IMG/VR virus record: IMGVR_UViG_3300022745_000628
Location: 129,797 to 193,796 of that record
Reading direction: 5' to 3' (one strand)
Origin: a virus
Length of the DNA stretch: 64,000 nt
The notes under the pieces: generated by a model
The model's input: the letters and a program-made list of their open reading frames with translations, nothing else
Database searches by the model: none
Told to the model about the DNA's origin: nothing
Part shown: positions 36,824-46,678 of the stretch, in pieces
Position numbering within the stretch: the stretch's first letter is position 1
Layout of the letters: each line of letters opens with the position of its first letter
Made by a program: the position numbers and the translations under genes

Positions 36824-38566
36824 ATGAGCAGAGCTCAAACGAAGTATAGTTACGCAACACATGCTGCAGCAGCAGCGAATAAGAACTGGTCCAATAACTT
36901 TATTTGCAAAAACGGTGCGGCCAGTACTTACAAATTAGCGTACGGGATTGGTACGCCGTCGCAAAAGATGCCAAATCCGGACGGCGTTACCGTGCTGCGA
37001 TTGCTGCCTCACTTAGAGCAGACCGGCGACCCCAGTAACCCTACCGCTTGGGTGCCATATCGGACAAGTATGGAAGCCAATCATTACGGTGATTGGATTC
37101 GCAGATACCGAGCTGTCCGCGGTTTTGGGGAAGATCAGGACCGTTGTACGTTTATCGTAGCGGATCCGGTACAAGAAGGATTGTCGCCAGATACTAAGTA
37201 TCCTAGCGACGTGTTGTACGATGCTATTAATTCGGCGGTGCGCGCCGGCCAAGGTTTAGGCGAATGGACGCCTCTGATTCTTCCGCCAGCGAATAAGCAA
37301 GCGGCTTTAAAGAAAAGCGAGTCGGTCACGCTAGTTAAAGCAGTGATCGTGTACTTGAACGGTAAATTGCACAACAATCCGCCGCTCGGTATTACAAACT
37401 TACCGATCGTTATGGAATTGACGAATTCCGCAAGTAAGGCGTTGTTGGGAGCTCTGGAGCGTCCAATTAGCGACGCTGTGCGAGAACAGCGACTAGCTGC
37501 GCACGAGACTAATCCGTACGAATTGCACTTTGAGAATGGCGATCCGATTGCATTGGATCGCGGAAGATTCTTCACGTTCTATAAAAATGGCGATGGATCA
37601 CCATCGACGCGACGTGCTGCGCAAACGCAGGTGGCAGCTCAGCCGGTATTTGGCATGGGTGGCGGATCTAATTTCGGCGGAGCACAATCCGCAAACGGTT
37701 TCGACGCTAACAGCTATGCGTGTGAGGTTTCGGATAACTTCCAAGGATTGCCAGCTAACTTCCTGTGCGATCCTGCTTGGTACCAACTTATCGAGCGCTC
37801 GCAGAAAGATTGGGATTCGATATTGCAGTTCCCATCTATCGAAGAGCAAGTAGAAATGGTCGCGACGCGGTTTCCGTGGTCAGCGATCGAATATGCATTC
37901 GCAAATAATCCGTTATGGATGCGACATGCAAGAGCGGCTACCGGGCGTACGGAGCAAGTACAGGGATTTACTGCTCCAGATCCTGGTATGGGGTTCGGAG
38001 GGCAAGGGTTTGCCCCGCCTCCGTTTACACCACAACCGGCGTACCTTCCGCAACAAGGTATGCCGCAGTACGGCGCCCCTAACACGTTTATGCCGCCCGC
38101 CGGGCCAGCCGCGCCGCAGCAATTTAATCCGCAAATGACTAGCTACAATCCGCCAGCCCCGGTGCAGCAAAACACTGCTCCGATTACAAGTGGCGGGCCT
38201 AGTTATGCAAACCTTTATCCAGAACGCACTGCCCCTATACAAGGACAGTTTGCGCCACAGCCTATACCGCAACCAGCGTCGCCACCTCCGACGGCTGCAG
38301 CGCCGGCTGTTAACACAGTTTCGCCAGGAATAGCTGGAGCTACATTTCCAGCGCTAGCTGGCAATACGCCTGGATCAGCGGTACCGCAGACGCCTTATCA
38401 GCAAGGTGCGTTTGGAACTCAGCAGGCTAATGCGTTTAATACGCCTAGTCCTGGGTTCGCGCCACCTGCTGCCATGTCTCGCGGACAGCAAGCTTTACAG
38501 CTAGCTGCAGCAAATGCTGCTGCACAAGCTGCAGCAGCAGACGGTGCAGACGGGCCACCGTTTTAA
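36824..38566 (+). CDS. probable ssDNA-binding protein with long disordered tail
   Basis: Lies between Pol and RecA; TVLRLLP motif; P/Q/G/A-rich C-terminal third ending DGADGPPF. Confidence 0.55.
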   Translation: MSRAQTKYSYATHAAAAANKNWSNNFICKNGAASTYKLAYGIGTPSQKMPNPDGVTVLRLLPHLEQTGDPSNPTAWVPYRTSMEANHYGDWIRRYRAVRGFGEDQDRCTFIVADPVQEGLSPDTKYPSDVLYDAINSAVRAGQGLGEWTPLILPPANKQAALKKSESVTLVKAVIVYLNGKLHNNPPLGITNLPIVMELTNSASKALLGALERPISDAVREQRLAAHETNPYELHFENGDPIALDRGRFFTFYKNGDGSPSTRRAAQTQVAAQPVFGMGGGSNFGGAQSANGFDANSYACEVSDNFQGLPANFLCDPAWYQLIERSQKDWDSILQFPSIEEQVEMVATRFPWSAIEYAFANNPLWMRHARAATGRTEQVQGFTAPDPGMGFGGQGFAPPPFTPQPAYLPQQGMPQYGAPNTFMPPAGPAAPQQFNPQMTSYNPPAPVQQNTAPITSGGPSYANLYPERTAPIQGQFAPQPIPQPASPPPTAAAPAVNTVSPGIAGATFPALAGNTPGSAVPQTPYQQGAFGTQQANAFNTPSPGFAPPAAMSRGQQALQLAAANAAAQAAAADGADGPPF

Positions 38567-38591
38567 TTAAGCAACCGCTTTAATTGACTAG

Positions 38592-38628
38592 CAACAAGCC
38601 GCGTGGTAACATGCGGCTTGTTGTTTTT
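38592..38628 (+). terminator. intrinsic terminator
   Basis: CAACAAGCCGC/GCGGCTTGTTG stem followed by a T-tract. Confidence 0.8.
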
Positions 38629-38651
38629 CATCTCTAATGTAGGAAAAGTTT

Positions 38652-39965
38652 ATGGCTCGTCCTAAAAAAACGATAGACGCTTCTGAAACAGACGCAACGC
38701 AGTCGAGTATGGTTGCCGGAATGGTCGCCGGGTTAAAAAATGCCAAAGATATCGCTGATTTTAATGTTGGCGGAATGTTCTCTCAAGAAGTTGGAATTCC
38801 TTTGCCGTCGATCGCTCTGCGATATTTATTCCAAAGCACATGCATACCGCTTTCAAAGATCATTCAAATTGCTGGAGAAGAAGGATCAGCAAAGTCGGCA
38901 TTTCTTAACGAGATGGCGAACTGGATATTAACTTTCAAAGGTCTGTACGTTTACGCCGAGAACGAAAACAAAGACACGCGTAACTTGCGATCGTCGATTC
39001 TAGGCTGGGATCCGCTGAAAACACAAAATATTATCGAAACAGCCACTACTGATATGCAAGAGTGGCAAACGTTTATGACCAGGAATATCCTGAATGCTAA
39101 GAACATTCAGACCGCTAAAGGCGGTATCGGTCGTACTGTTCCGGTAATGTTTGCTGTCGATTCGTTGACCGGCACACCGTTGAAAGAGCAAGTCGAAGAA
39201 GTCGAGGCAGATGGCAGCGCCAAGATCGGTTATCCGGTAATGGCTAACGTTTTGGCTAAATATTTCAGGACAATGCCAAAGCAAATAGCGGACTATCCGT
39301 TTTGGTTTGTGGCAACTAACCACGCTAAACCAGGTAGTACCCCGCAAGGATTGCCAACTGTTAATATTCCAGGCGGGAAGTCCATCAAGTTCATGGAAAC
39401 ACTGGAGATACAAATGAGTCGCGTGCGGGACATTAATAAAATGACCGCTAAAGGACTGACAGTACGGTTTAAAACCAATAAAAACAGCATGGGTCCAGGA
39501 CGGAAGACCATCGAAGCGGATTTGTTGTGGACAATCGGAGAAGATGCCACCGGTAATTTTCGACAGTATACCGCGTGGGATTGGCACACAGCGGCTATTA
39601 AGTTGTTAGCGTCGTTCGATACGGAAGCGTATATGCGAAACGCTATTCGCGAGATTACCGACATCCGTATAACAAAAGCGTCTGCGTGTTTGGCAACCTC
39701 AGAACTTTTGGGCGCAGTTGAGCCGATTTCCTACTATGAGATGTCCCAACGATTGGAACAGCGGCCAGATATTCTTAGCAAGTTGTACAAATTGCTGCAC
39801 ATTACACCTACGGCAGAGTTCGAGACCGGCAAATGCTTTAAACAGCAACGAGCCGAGGCTCAGAAAGCCGCGGCTGCTGTGGTAGCTAGCAGATATGCCA
39901 TGACAAGCTTGCTACCGGCTATGTCCGGTGACGAGTTGACGGATGAAGATAAAGCCGGTGAATAG
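38652..39965 (+). CDS. recA: RecA/UvsX-like recombinase
   Basis: GEEGSAKS Walker A, AVDSL Walker B, IPGGKSIKF and TNKN motifs. Confidence 0.85.
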   Translation: MARPKKTIDASETDATQSSMVAGMVAGLKNAKDIADFNVGGMFSQEVGIPLPSIALRYLFQSTCIPLSKIIQIAGEEGSAKSAFLNEMANWILTFKGLYVYAENENKDTRNLRSSILGWDPLKTQNIIETATTDMQEWQTFMTRNILNAKNIQTAKGGIGRTVPVMFAVDSLTGTPLKEQVEEVEADGSAKIGYPVMANVLAKYFRTMPKQIADYPFWFVATNHAKPGSTPQGLPTVNIPGGKSIKFMETLEIQMSRVRDINKMTAKGLTVRFKTNKNSMGPGRKTIEADLLWTIGEDATGNFRQYTAWDWHTAAIKLLASFDTEAYMRNAIREITDIRITKASACLATSELLGAVEPISYYEMSQRLEQRPDILSKLYKLLHITPTAEFETGKCFKQQRAEAQKAAAAVVASRYAMTSLLPAMSGDELTDEDKAGE

Positions 39966-39978
39966 GCGTTGTACGCGG

Positions 39979-40004
39979 TTGCAACGTCACACCTTACCTA
40001 TAAT
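39979..40004 (+). promoter_or_regulatory. possible promoter (TTGCAA-14-TATAAT)
   Basis: Perfect -10 box but non-canonical spacing. Confidence 0.35.
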
Positions 40005-40113
40005 GTGATGTATGGAGAACACAAACATGCTCTGAATTACTGATTAGAGGCCCCCCTGCATCACTAACCGCGATTTATTGGTTCTGTTCGTTTCAAAATC
40101 AAAGGTTAGTAAA

Positions 40114-40656
40114 ATGGAAAAAGATAGAAGGTTGGAATTTGCCAAGTTTCGTGTGAAAATCAAGAGCTTGGCGGCAGAGGCGCGGATTATCCGTGGAGAG
40201 GTTCGTAAATTAGAACAAGCAGCGTGCACTAATACTGAGTACTTGAGCACGTTGGATAATGAGCCAGCAAAGCAAGCTAAAGTGCTGCGGCAAATTTGGT
40301 ACAGTCACGCTTACGCAGGCACCTTAGCTAACCATAATCGCAGTGTGGTAGCTAAGGAAATGCGCGCGACGTTGATGGCTTACGCATTTTTGCGCGATCG
40401 CTGGAAATCGGTAGACACTGCGCGTCCGCATATGCTTGCCAAAGACGTAGCAAGAGTGTTGAAATCGCTCTGTTATCGTAACGAATCAGAGCTTACTGTA
40501 GCAAATTGGCTATTTGCGGCTGCGGAAAAGAAAGAGCGTTACGACGCTGAGAAACTGCGCCAGGCAGTGGCGGCTCGTCCGCCTAAGGTACCGTTTGTTT
40601 ATCATCCGCCGGAAGCTGTCACAGATACAGCTCCAATGGTTGAGTTGGACTGCTAA
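40114..40656 (+). CDS. conserved phage hypothetical protein
   Basis: VKIKSLAAEARIIR...H...VV.KE.RA..MAYAFLR motif. Confidence 0.7.
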   Translation: MEKDRRLEFAKFRVKIKSLAAEARIIRGEVRKLEQAACTNTEYLSTLDNEPAKQAKVLRQIWYSHAYAGTLANHNRSVVAKEMRATLMAYAFLRDRWKSVDTARPHMLAKDVARVLKSLCYRNESELTVANWLFAAAEKKERYDAEKLRQAVAARPPKVPFVYHPPEAVTDTAPMVELDC

Positions 40657-40678
40657 CAATGGACGATTGACAATTTTT

Positions 40679-40711
40679 AATGCAGCGGTACAAAAACACC
40701 GCTGCATTTTT
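40679..40711 (+). terminator. intrinsic terminator-like hairpin
   Basis: AATGCAGCGGT/ACCGCTGCATT stem followed by a T-tract. Confidence 0.7.
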
Positions 40712-40734
40712 CGTTTAGTAGGTAACAACTAGCG

Positions 40735-40805
40735 GCGCCGTTAGCACCAAGGCGGTGCACCAGCTTTCAATCTGAGTGAGATCGGTTCGATTCCGATACG
40801 GCGCT
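40735..40805 (+). tRNA. tRNA-like gene, probably Glu(UUC)-derived, with irregular anticodon arm
   Basis: Acceptor GCGCCGT/ACGGCGC, D stem GCAC/GTGC, T arm ATCGG-TTCGATT-CCGAT; anticodon arm CAG-CTTTCAAT-CTG; no encoded CCA. Confidence 0.65.
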
Positions 40806-40818
40806 ATGGAGGAGAATT

Positions 40819-41388
40819 ATGGAAGAAGATAGTTTTGCAGATGTGATGCGACAGCGATTACAGCAGCGGGACGGCGATCAGCAAATTATTGGATTTGAAT
40901 CGCGGTGTGTGCGGGCAATACTGAAATTTGGCAATGTTTCGGGGGATGTTTCCGGAAAGCTGGCATTAGCCAGGATTAATCACGGTAAAGCCAAGTTGGA
41001 TCTAGAGTGGTTTAATCGCGAACACCCGAATTTTCCAGCTACGTTAATAGCGGATAAGTTAGAAAAAACTTACGACATCGCTTGGGCAGGACTATTTGGA
41101 CCTAATTTTTTCAAGCAAGCTTGGACTAAGGCGTATTTTAAGGCAGTAGAGCTCCAAGAGTACGATCTTGAAAAAGATTGGGTAGCGCTGATGTTTAAAG
41201 TGCCGCACGCTAAAAATGCCGAAATAATGGTGCTGCATAATAAGCCAGGTAATTTCGACACCACAGATATAGCAGACGTGGAAACAAGGATTGTGCGAAA
41301 ATATTCCACAGAAAGTTCCGCAATATTGATTATCGAATCGTTACAATCATTCGTTGCTAGCACCGGTGCGACCTGGCAAGAACAGTAA
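40819..41388 (+). CDS. hypothetical protein
   Basis: 189 aa; GGAGGAG RBS. Confidence 0.75.
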   Translation: MEEDSFADVMRQRLQQRDGDQQIIGFESRCVRAILKFGNVSGDVSGKLALARINHGKAKLDLEWFNREHPNFPATLIADKLEKTYDIAWAGLFGPNFFKQAWTKAYFKAVELQEYDLEKDWVALMFKVPHAKNAEIMVLHNKPGNFDTTDIADVETRIVRKYSTESSAILIIESLQSFVASTGATWQEQ

Positions 41389-41456
41389 CTTGTCGAATAA
41401 CTGCCAAGTGCTATAAATTGATCTTTGTTTCAAACTAAAATAGAGCAGGAGCTATC

Positions 41457-42338
41457 ATGGTACGCACAGAACCACAGACAATTCAAGCACTGACAGCGAA
41501 GCGAGAAGCAGCTTTAAGTGCAATGAGCGAAGAACTTCGCGCAGTTTTTGCCGATATAGAGACTCGGCTGGACGACCTTAAAAGCCAAAATATTAGGCAA
41601 TATCACATTATCGGCAAAATGCTTAACGACGTGAGCACGCGTCCGGACGATTACCGAACGTTGAACGGCGCTTCGGGTGTAAGTGTGTTGTCCAAGGCTT
41701 TGGACATGGACAAGCGGACGCTGCGCTGCGCAGCGCAGTTTTATAACTTCTACACGCAAGAGCAATTAGAAGCGCTTCTAGACTTGCGTAACGAGCACAC
41801 GAACTTTCGACTGAATTTCGGGCATGTGCGGTATTTAATGACGGTTATAGATACAGAGGCGCGTACGGCGTACGGTGTAGAAGCTGTAGCACAGTCACTG
41901 AGTCCTCAAGATCTTCACGACATGATTAAACGTCGAGAAGGTAGAGAGCCGGCCCATGGCAGAGCGCACACGCTTCCTCGATCTTTGACGGCACAACTGC
42001 AACAGATTTGTAAATTTGCACGCACGTTTGTAAGTAAGCAAGAAAACGTGTGGAATGGGCAATCTGTGTCAGTGTTTACAAACATTGACAATGCTGCTGC
42101 ATCAGAAATCGATGCGGAGCATGTTGCAATTATTGAAGAGATTCGAGATTTGATGGTGCGCATCGGCGAGTACTCTGTTGCCAACGTGCGTAGATGTGAA
42201 GAGATTAAAACAGTAGTGGAACAAAAGCTTAACGAAGAAGAAACGCGAATTACTACTGAAACCGCAGCAGCTGCCACGGCTACTGCCAATAGAACTCGCA
42301 GAAGTAGATCTATTTCTATGCAAGGGGCAAACGCGTAG
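41457..42338 (+). CDS. hypothetical helical protein (possibly DNA-binding)
   Basis: 293 aa; AGGAG RBS. Confidence 0.75.
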   Translation: MVRTEPQTIQALTAKREAALSAMSEELRAVFADIETRLDDLKSQNIRQYHIIGKMLNDVSTRPDDYRTLNGASGVSVLSKALDMDKRTLRCAAQFYNFYTQEQLEALLDLRNEHTNFRLNFGHVRYLMTVIDTEARTAYGVEAVAQSLSPQDLHDMIKRREGREPAHGRAHTLPRSLTAQLQQICKFARTFVSKQENVWNGQSVSVFTNIDNAAASEIDAEHVAIIEEIRDLMVRIGEYSVANVRRCEEIKTVVEQKLNEEETRITTETAAAATATANRTRRSRSISMQGANA

Positions 42339-43228
42339 TGACTGCAGAAACTGGTGCAAAAGTACCGCGGACTCCAATATCCGCGGTACTTTCGTTACGT
42401 AACCGTCTAAATGGTCGGTTCAAATTGTTTGAGGATAAGACAGCAGATCGGCTGCACATGCAGCATTTGTTGGACACGATATGCTCCGCCAGCAGCGCCG
42501 TACAGCGTTGCGCAGTACAAGAAACAATACGAACATTAGCGGATGCGGTACTTACCAGCGATTTGTTGCAAATGTTGTCGGCGAAAATAGCAGGGAATGT
42601 AACGGAGCTGGCGGCTGGCAAAACTGTACCCATCCGGGCAGCGTTAGCTAAGTCGGTGATTATCCCGACAATCTTGTACATTAGCACTGCAACTGCGGTG
42701 CGCAATAGATTTGATGAAATTGTCACACAGCTTCGCGTAGACAGTATTACCGGGGATACGGCCGGGCAAGTGTTTAATTGGGATATTACTCGCGGTGTGG
42801 CTCGGGTACTTGCCAGTCGTATCGGCTTTTCTGGCATAACGCACAATTATCCGTTCGTAGCGCCAGAGCAGCTCAGCGGCCTGTACGTATACGTCAATTT
42901 GACCGGTTCAGACTATTCCAATGATCCGGCTATAAAAGATGTGTTAGAAATGGACAACATAATCCAGTACAATCGCAAGCACGTTTTGAAACTTCGCTGT
43001 AGATCTGGCGAGCAGTGTCCTAACAAATTTACGCATCCGTGTCACAAATGCGCGATGGGTAGAGATAGATGCCCAGCTGCTACACATTTACAGACGTATG
43101 TATTTGCAACGTGTAATTGTTGTAGGGTAGAACGGTCGATTGTCGACCCGGCCACAAATAACGGGCTGTGTTTGGACTGCGATCGAAATTTAAGGCTCAA
43201 TTTAAAGGAAACCGCAAGTGTCGTTTAA
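42338..43228 (+). CDS. hypothetical protein with C-terminal Zn-finger-like Cys cluster
   Basis: C...CP....HPCHKC....CPAATH...CNCC...CLDC. Confidence 0.7.
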   Translation: MTAETGAKVPRTPISAVLSLRNRLNGRFKLFEDKTADRLHMQHLLDTICSASSAVQRCAVQETIRTLADAVLTSDLLQMLSAKIAGNVTELAAGKTVPIRAALAKSVIIPTILYISTATAVRNRFDEIVTQLRVDSITGDTAGQVFNWDITRGVARVLASRIGFSGITHNYPFVAPEQLSGLYVYVNLTGSDYSNDPAIKDVLEMDNIIQYNRKHVLKLRCRSGEQCPNKFTHPCHKCAMGRDRCPAATHLQTYVFATCNCCRVERSIVDPATNNGLCLDCDRNLRLNLKETASVV

Positions 43229-43892
43229 CATGCAACCTAGTAACTCACCTGGTTCAAAAATGTATGCGCCGGACCGCGACATGGCCTATCTGTATCCAGC
43301 CCTTCTTAAGGAAGTGTTTGCAAGGTTGGACGAGATTAACTGGACTAGCGATATGCGAGCGCAGTTCGAACAAGCCGGTATTACCGAGGTAGATTTAGCT
43401 GCCACGGCAAAGGCTTTCGGAGAAGCTCTGCGGTTATTTATTCGTGTGCCTACCGTTACGGATGTAGTGTCCGCGTTGAATAGATCGGGATTCCTAGCCA
43501 GGTCTTTCGTGGAACGCCAAACTATGTACGCCAAAATTGGCGAAAGTATGACCGCTGGCTTTTTCATATCTGCCAAGCAAGTTACGTTGCAAGGTATGCC
43601 ATCGCCTATGCATCACGAGTATATAGACGCTATTGCTGCGGCAACCGCAGCATACAAAAGATTGGCGAAGGTACCGCAAGAACCACAGACCGACGCCGTA
43701 ATAGAGCGATACGCTGCGGAACTACAAGAATACCAGTATATTGTGGCGCAACAGACGCGCTTACTTAACGAAAAAGATCTGGAAATTACTAGACTTTTGA
43801 AAGAATTGAGAAAGCAAAATGACGACGGGTCAGACACAATTGACAGTGCTGGAGTGGACGCTGCAAAACCTCTATCCGATGCCACCGCGTAG
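43218..43892 (+). CDS. hypothetical protein, C-terminal coiled coil
   Basis: 224 aa ORF in operon. Confidence 0.7.
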   Translation: MSFNMQPSNSPGSKMYAPDRDMAYLYPALLKEVFARLDEINWTSDMRAQFEQAGITEVDLAATAKAFGEALRLFIRVPTVTDVVSALNRSGFLARSFVERQTMYAKIGESMTAGFFISAKQVTLQGMPSPMHHEYIDAIAAATAAYKRLAKVPQEPQTDAVIERYAAELQEYQYIVAQQTRLLNEKDLEITRLLKELRKQNDDGSDTIDSAGVDAAKPLSDATA

Positions 43893-44610
43893 CAAATACG
43901 TGGTTTTAGAGCTGTTTACCGCAGGCTTTTCTGCCAGAAAACATCCGATACTGGCATACAAAGTTAATGATATGCCAACCGAGTACATCGGTTGGCTTTG
44001 CGAAGGGGCCAGCGATTACTACCCAACAGATTTTGTCGCTGAAACGCTAGAGACAAGTGTACTGGCGCAAAAAGATTCTATGACGGCTGCCGGACGAGAA
44101 TGCCTGCCGCGAGACGATTTCTTGACAGACGTCACCAGTACTGCGCCAAATATCGCTTCAGGAATGTTATTTGAGTTGCTAACCGCATGTGCGAATAATA
44201 CACGGCATGTAAATTTAGTTTGCCACAACTACTACAAATTTTTCAAGGCGTTTCTACACACGCTGTTAAAATCCAGTCAGTTTGATGCCGACGCCGTTCT
44301 TGCCGCTGTCGATACTAAAATTTACGACACTGCGTTTCCATATATCGCTGCGACAAGCGGTGCGCGGATTAAAAATACTGTGAGTAGAGAGGAATTTATG
44401 CAGAACTGTCTGGATTGGCGACCGCAAGTAAAAACTAACATTAATGCAGTTGCGGAGTATTTAGGTATTGAAGTGCCCAGTACCGGAGATATTATGGCTA
44501 CGCAAGCGCAGCTGACTGACGCTGTGTATCAAAACTATGTAGGACTCGTGCACGGAGACGCTATATGCCAAAGGGCAACGCTAAAGGAAGTGCTTTCGAG
44601 CGCTCGATAG
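43819..44610 (+). CDS. hypothetical protein
   Basis: 263 aa; start uncertain (alternative ATG at 43879). Confidence 0.65.
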   Translation: MTTGQTQLTVLEWTLQNLYPMPPRSKYVVLELFTAGFSARKHPILAYKVNDMPTEYIGWLCEGASDYYPTDFVAETLETSVLAQKDSMTAAGRECLPRDDFLTDVTSTAPNIASGMLFELLTACANNTRHVNLVCHNYYKFFKAFLHTLLKSSQFDADAVLAAVDTKIYDTAFPYIAATSGARIKNTVSREEFMQNCLDWRPQVKTNINAVAEYLGIEVPSTGDIMATQAQLTDAVYQNYVGLVHGDAICQRATLKEVLSSAR

Positions 44611-45143
44611 CTACCGCATTAAGTTTGTGGTGGTCTGGAAATTACCGCGATGATTGGTTTTACAGGACTGCCGGTTCCGGCGGTCGCGCCACCATGCGAG
44701 CTAAACGTGGTAAGACTACCAGTAACTCTGCCGGCGATATTGGCGCAACTACTCCCGAGGGCGGTAAACTGCTGAGTGTCGTGACTTACGAATTGAAACG
44801 CGGCTATAACGGCACAAACTTACAGGATCTGATCGATAAGCCTGACGGTCCTGCGATTATCCGCAAGTTTTTGGATCAAGCAAAGGATTCCGCAGCGTTA
44901 GCTGGGACGAAGTTGTGGGCAATAATTTGGCGACGAGATCGCAGAGAGCCTATTTTTGTCGGAAATCACGACCCATCTCGCGGTGTAATGATGGAAAGTA
45001 TGTCGATGCAGCTCCGCATGCCGGACGGAACGGTAATATATGTTTTGCCGTTCGGATCAGTGGTAAGTGAGACGGCGCGAGATTTTTATCAGGATGCCAT
45101 AATAAATGACAAGAGAGCAAGCGAAAAGGATATCGTTCTCTAA
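44565..45143 (+). CDS. PD-(D/E)XK Holliday junction resolvase-like nuclease (Hjc type)
   Basis: KGSAFERSIA, AGDI and YELKRG motifs. Confidence 0.8.
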   Translation: MPKGNAKGSAFERSIATALSLWWSGNYRDDWFYRTAGSGGRATMRAKRGKTTSNSAGDIGATTPEGGKLLSVVTYELKRGYNGTNLQDLIDKPDGPAIIRKFLDQAKDSAALAGTKLWAIIWRRDRREPIFVGNHDPSRGVMMESMSMQLRMPDGTVIYVLPFGSVVSETARDFYQDAIINDKRASEKDIVL

Positions 45144-45345
45144 ACTAGATGAGACGTGCCCAATCTTGCACGATATATTGCAAGAGATGCGAGACGCAAT
45201 TTGTTTAAACTGCACAATAGACGAATACGAGGAGTTTCAATTGCAAGATGCAATTAATTCCGCGGAAAGTAAAATACGTAGGTTGGTTAGCGATCCGCTA
45301 CGTGAATTGAGCATCGTTTTACTGTGTGAGTGCGCCAGTGGTTAA
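45106..45345 (+). CDS. hypothetical protein
   Basis: 79 aa overlapping both neighbours. Confidence 0.55.
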   Translation: MTREQAKRISFSKLDETCPILHDILQEMRDAICLNCTIDEYEEFQLQDAINSAESKIRRLVSDPLRELSIVLLCECASG

Positions 45346-46012
45346 AATTCCAGATCGTAGCAATTACTTACCAAAATACTCGGCGATTCACAAAGATAAC
45401 GTCCCGGCGCCAATATTTGGAATGCTGCGCAAAGATGCCGGTAAAGCCAATGATGGTCACGTAGAAGACGAATCGCTCGAGCATACGCTAGTATCGCTAT
45501 CCAATACGTACGAATTCTTTACTACTGGAGTATTGGCGGTAGCCCCACGCTTGCAGCGCGATTTATTAATCGAGTTTTGCAATCAACATCCGGCCAGCGT
45601 ACCAGAAGCACAACCTGTGGCAATTGATTATGAAAGCCGATTCTTTGCAGGATTTCCGCCGGTAGCTAGCGGGATAGACTACAACCGTCGCATATACATG
45701 GTTGTTAAAAACCGGTGGCCGTTATTGCGAGATATGATCGCTAGCGCAGCGTTTTTGGATAGTAATACCGGTTATTACGCACGCGTAAACTACTACAATT
45801 TAGAAATGGTGGACCCGTTCGCCCTTAAAAAACAAAGGGTTGTGATAGATTTGCCAAAAGTAAACGTGTGTGTATTCGGTTATTCAAGCACACATAGTTT
45901 TTCACACATAGCTAGCGCGGAGTTTCCGCGATTACCTATGTATAGAAAAGATCCGCCTAAGGTAGAGATCGTAATCGAACGCGACAGCCGTTGGAAACAA
46001 ATAGTCGTATGA
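45326..46012 (+). CDS. hypothetical protein
   Basis: 228 aa, GTG start. Confidence 0.65.
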   Translation: MSAPVVKIPDRSNYLPKYSAIHKDNVPAPIFGMLRKDAGKANDGHVEDESLEHTLVSLSNTYEFFTTGVLAVAPRLQRDLLIEFCNQHPASVPEAQPVAIDYESRFFAGFPPVASGIDYNRRIYMVVKNRWPLLRDMIASAAFLDSNTGYYARVNYYNLEMVDPFALKKQRVVIDLPKVNVCVFGYSSTHSFSHIASAEFPRLPMYRKDPPKVEIVIERDSRWKQIVV

Positions 46013-46596
46013 CACAACAAAACAAAACAGTGGCGCCACCCCGTCCGAAGCAAAATGTTATAGACGCTGTGGAAGTGAAAGAAGTGCCGACTCCGGTTAA
46101 ACCAGCTGCGCCGGAGTTGGATATGGATAAATTAGCAAAAGTATTGGACGGGCTGCAATCGACCCTGTTGCGCATAGATCAAAATATGCAGCAGGACAGC
46201 AATAAAGCTGCTACCGGTGGGAGTGTCGTTAAAGATGCGGCGCAGCTTACGCTGGTACAGCAGGCGTTGAACACGAATCGGCCAACTGGTTATAAGTTTT
46301 TACTGGTAGTTGTGCCGGACGACAGTAGTCCGATGTGCGAAGAATTTGACGATATAAATTCCATGCTGCTTAGGATACGCCAGTTGATTGGGCAGAAATG
46401 CTACTTGTTTCCAATCATAGGGCAGCGGTTCGGATTAAGTAGCGGCACCCATAAATTCTTATCCACACCGTACGGGCAGTTTCCGTTGTTCGATACAACA
46501 CCAGATAGCGACGGGGAAACTACGCAAACAGGCTGGGTCGGGCCACCGGAATTAGAAAGTGTCGGGCCAGATCTTTTAGCTATTGACCACGACTAA
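46009..46596 (+). CDS. hypothetical protein
   Basis: ATGA overlap at 46009. Confidence 0.7.
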   Translation: MTQQNKTVAPPRPKQNVIDAVEVKEVPTPVKPAAPELDMDKLAKVLDGLQSTLLRIDQNMQQDSNKAATGGSVVKDAAQLTLVQQALNTNRPTGYKFLLVVVPDDSSPMCEEFDDINSMLLRIRQLIGQKCYLFPIIGQRFGLSSGTHKFLSTPYGQFPLFDTTPDSDGETTQTGWVGPPELESVGPDLLAIDHD

Positions 46597-46614
46597 TAAG
46601 CTGCGCGTGCGCAA

Positions 46615-46643
46615 CTAAATTCAGACCAATAATGCGTCATATA
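46615..46643 (+). promoter_or_regulatory. bipartite motif copy 2 (candidate phage-specific promoter)
   Basis: CTAAATTCAGA-ccaat-AATGCGTCATATA; matches 7341-7369. Confidence 0.55.
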
Positions 46644-46678
46644 TGGTGATCCCATTTATCATGCAGGAGGTTTGAATT

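Noticed and set aside
39000-39587. 195-aa minus-strand ORF and the many similar short antisense/overlapping ORFs in the track
   Set aside because: They lie wholly within well-supported genes (here recA) and show no protein-like motifs.
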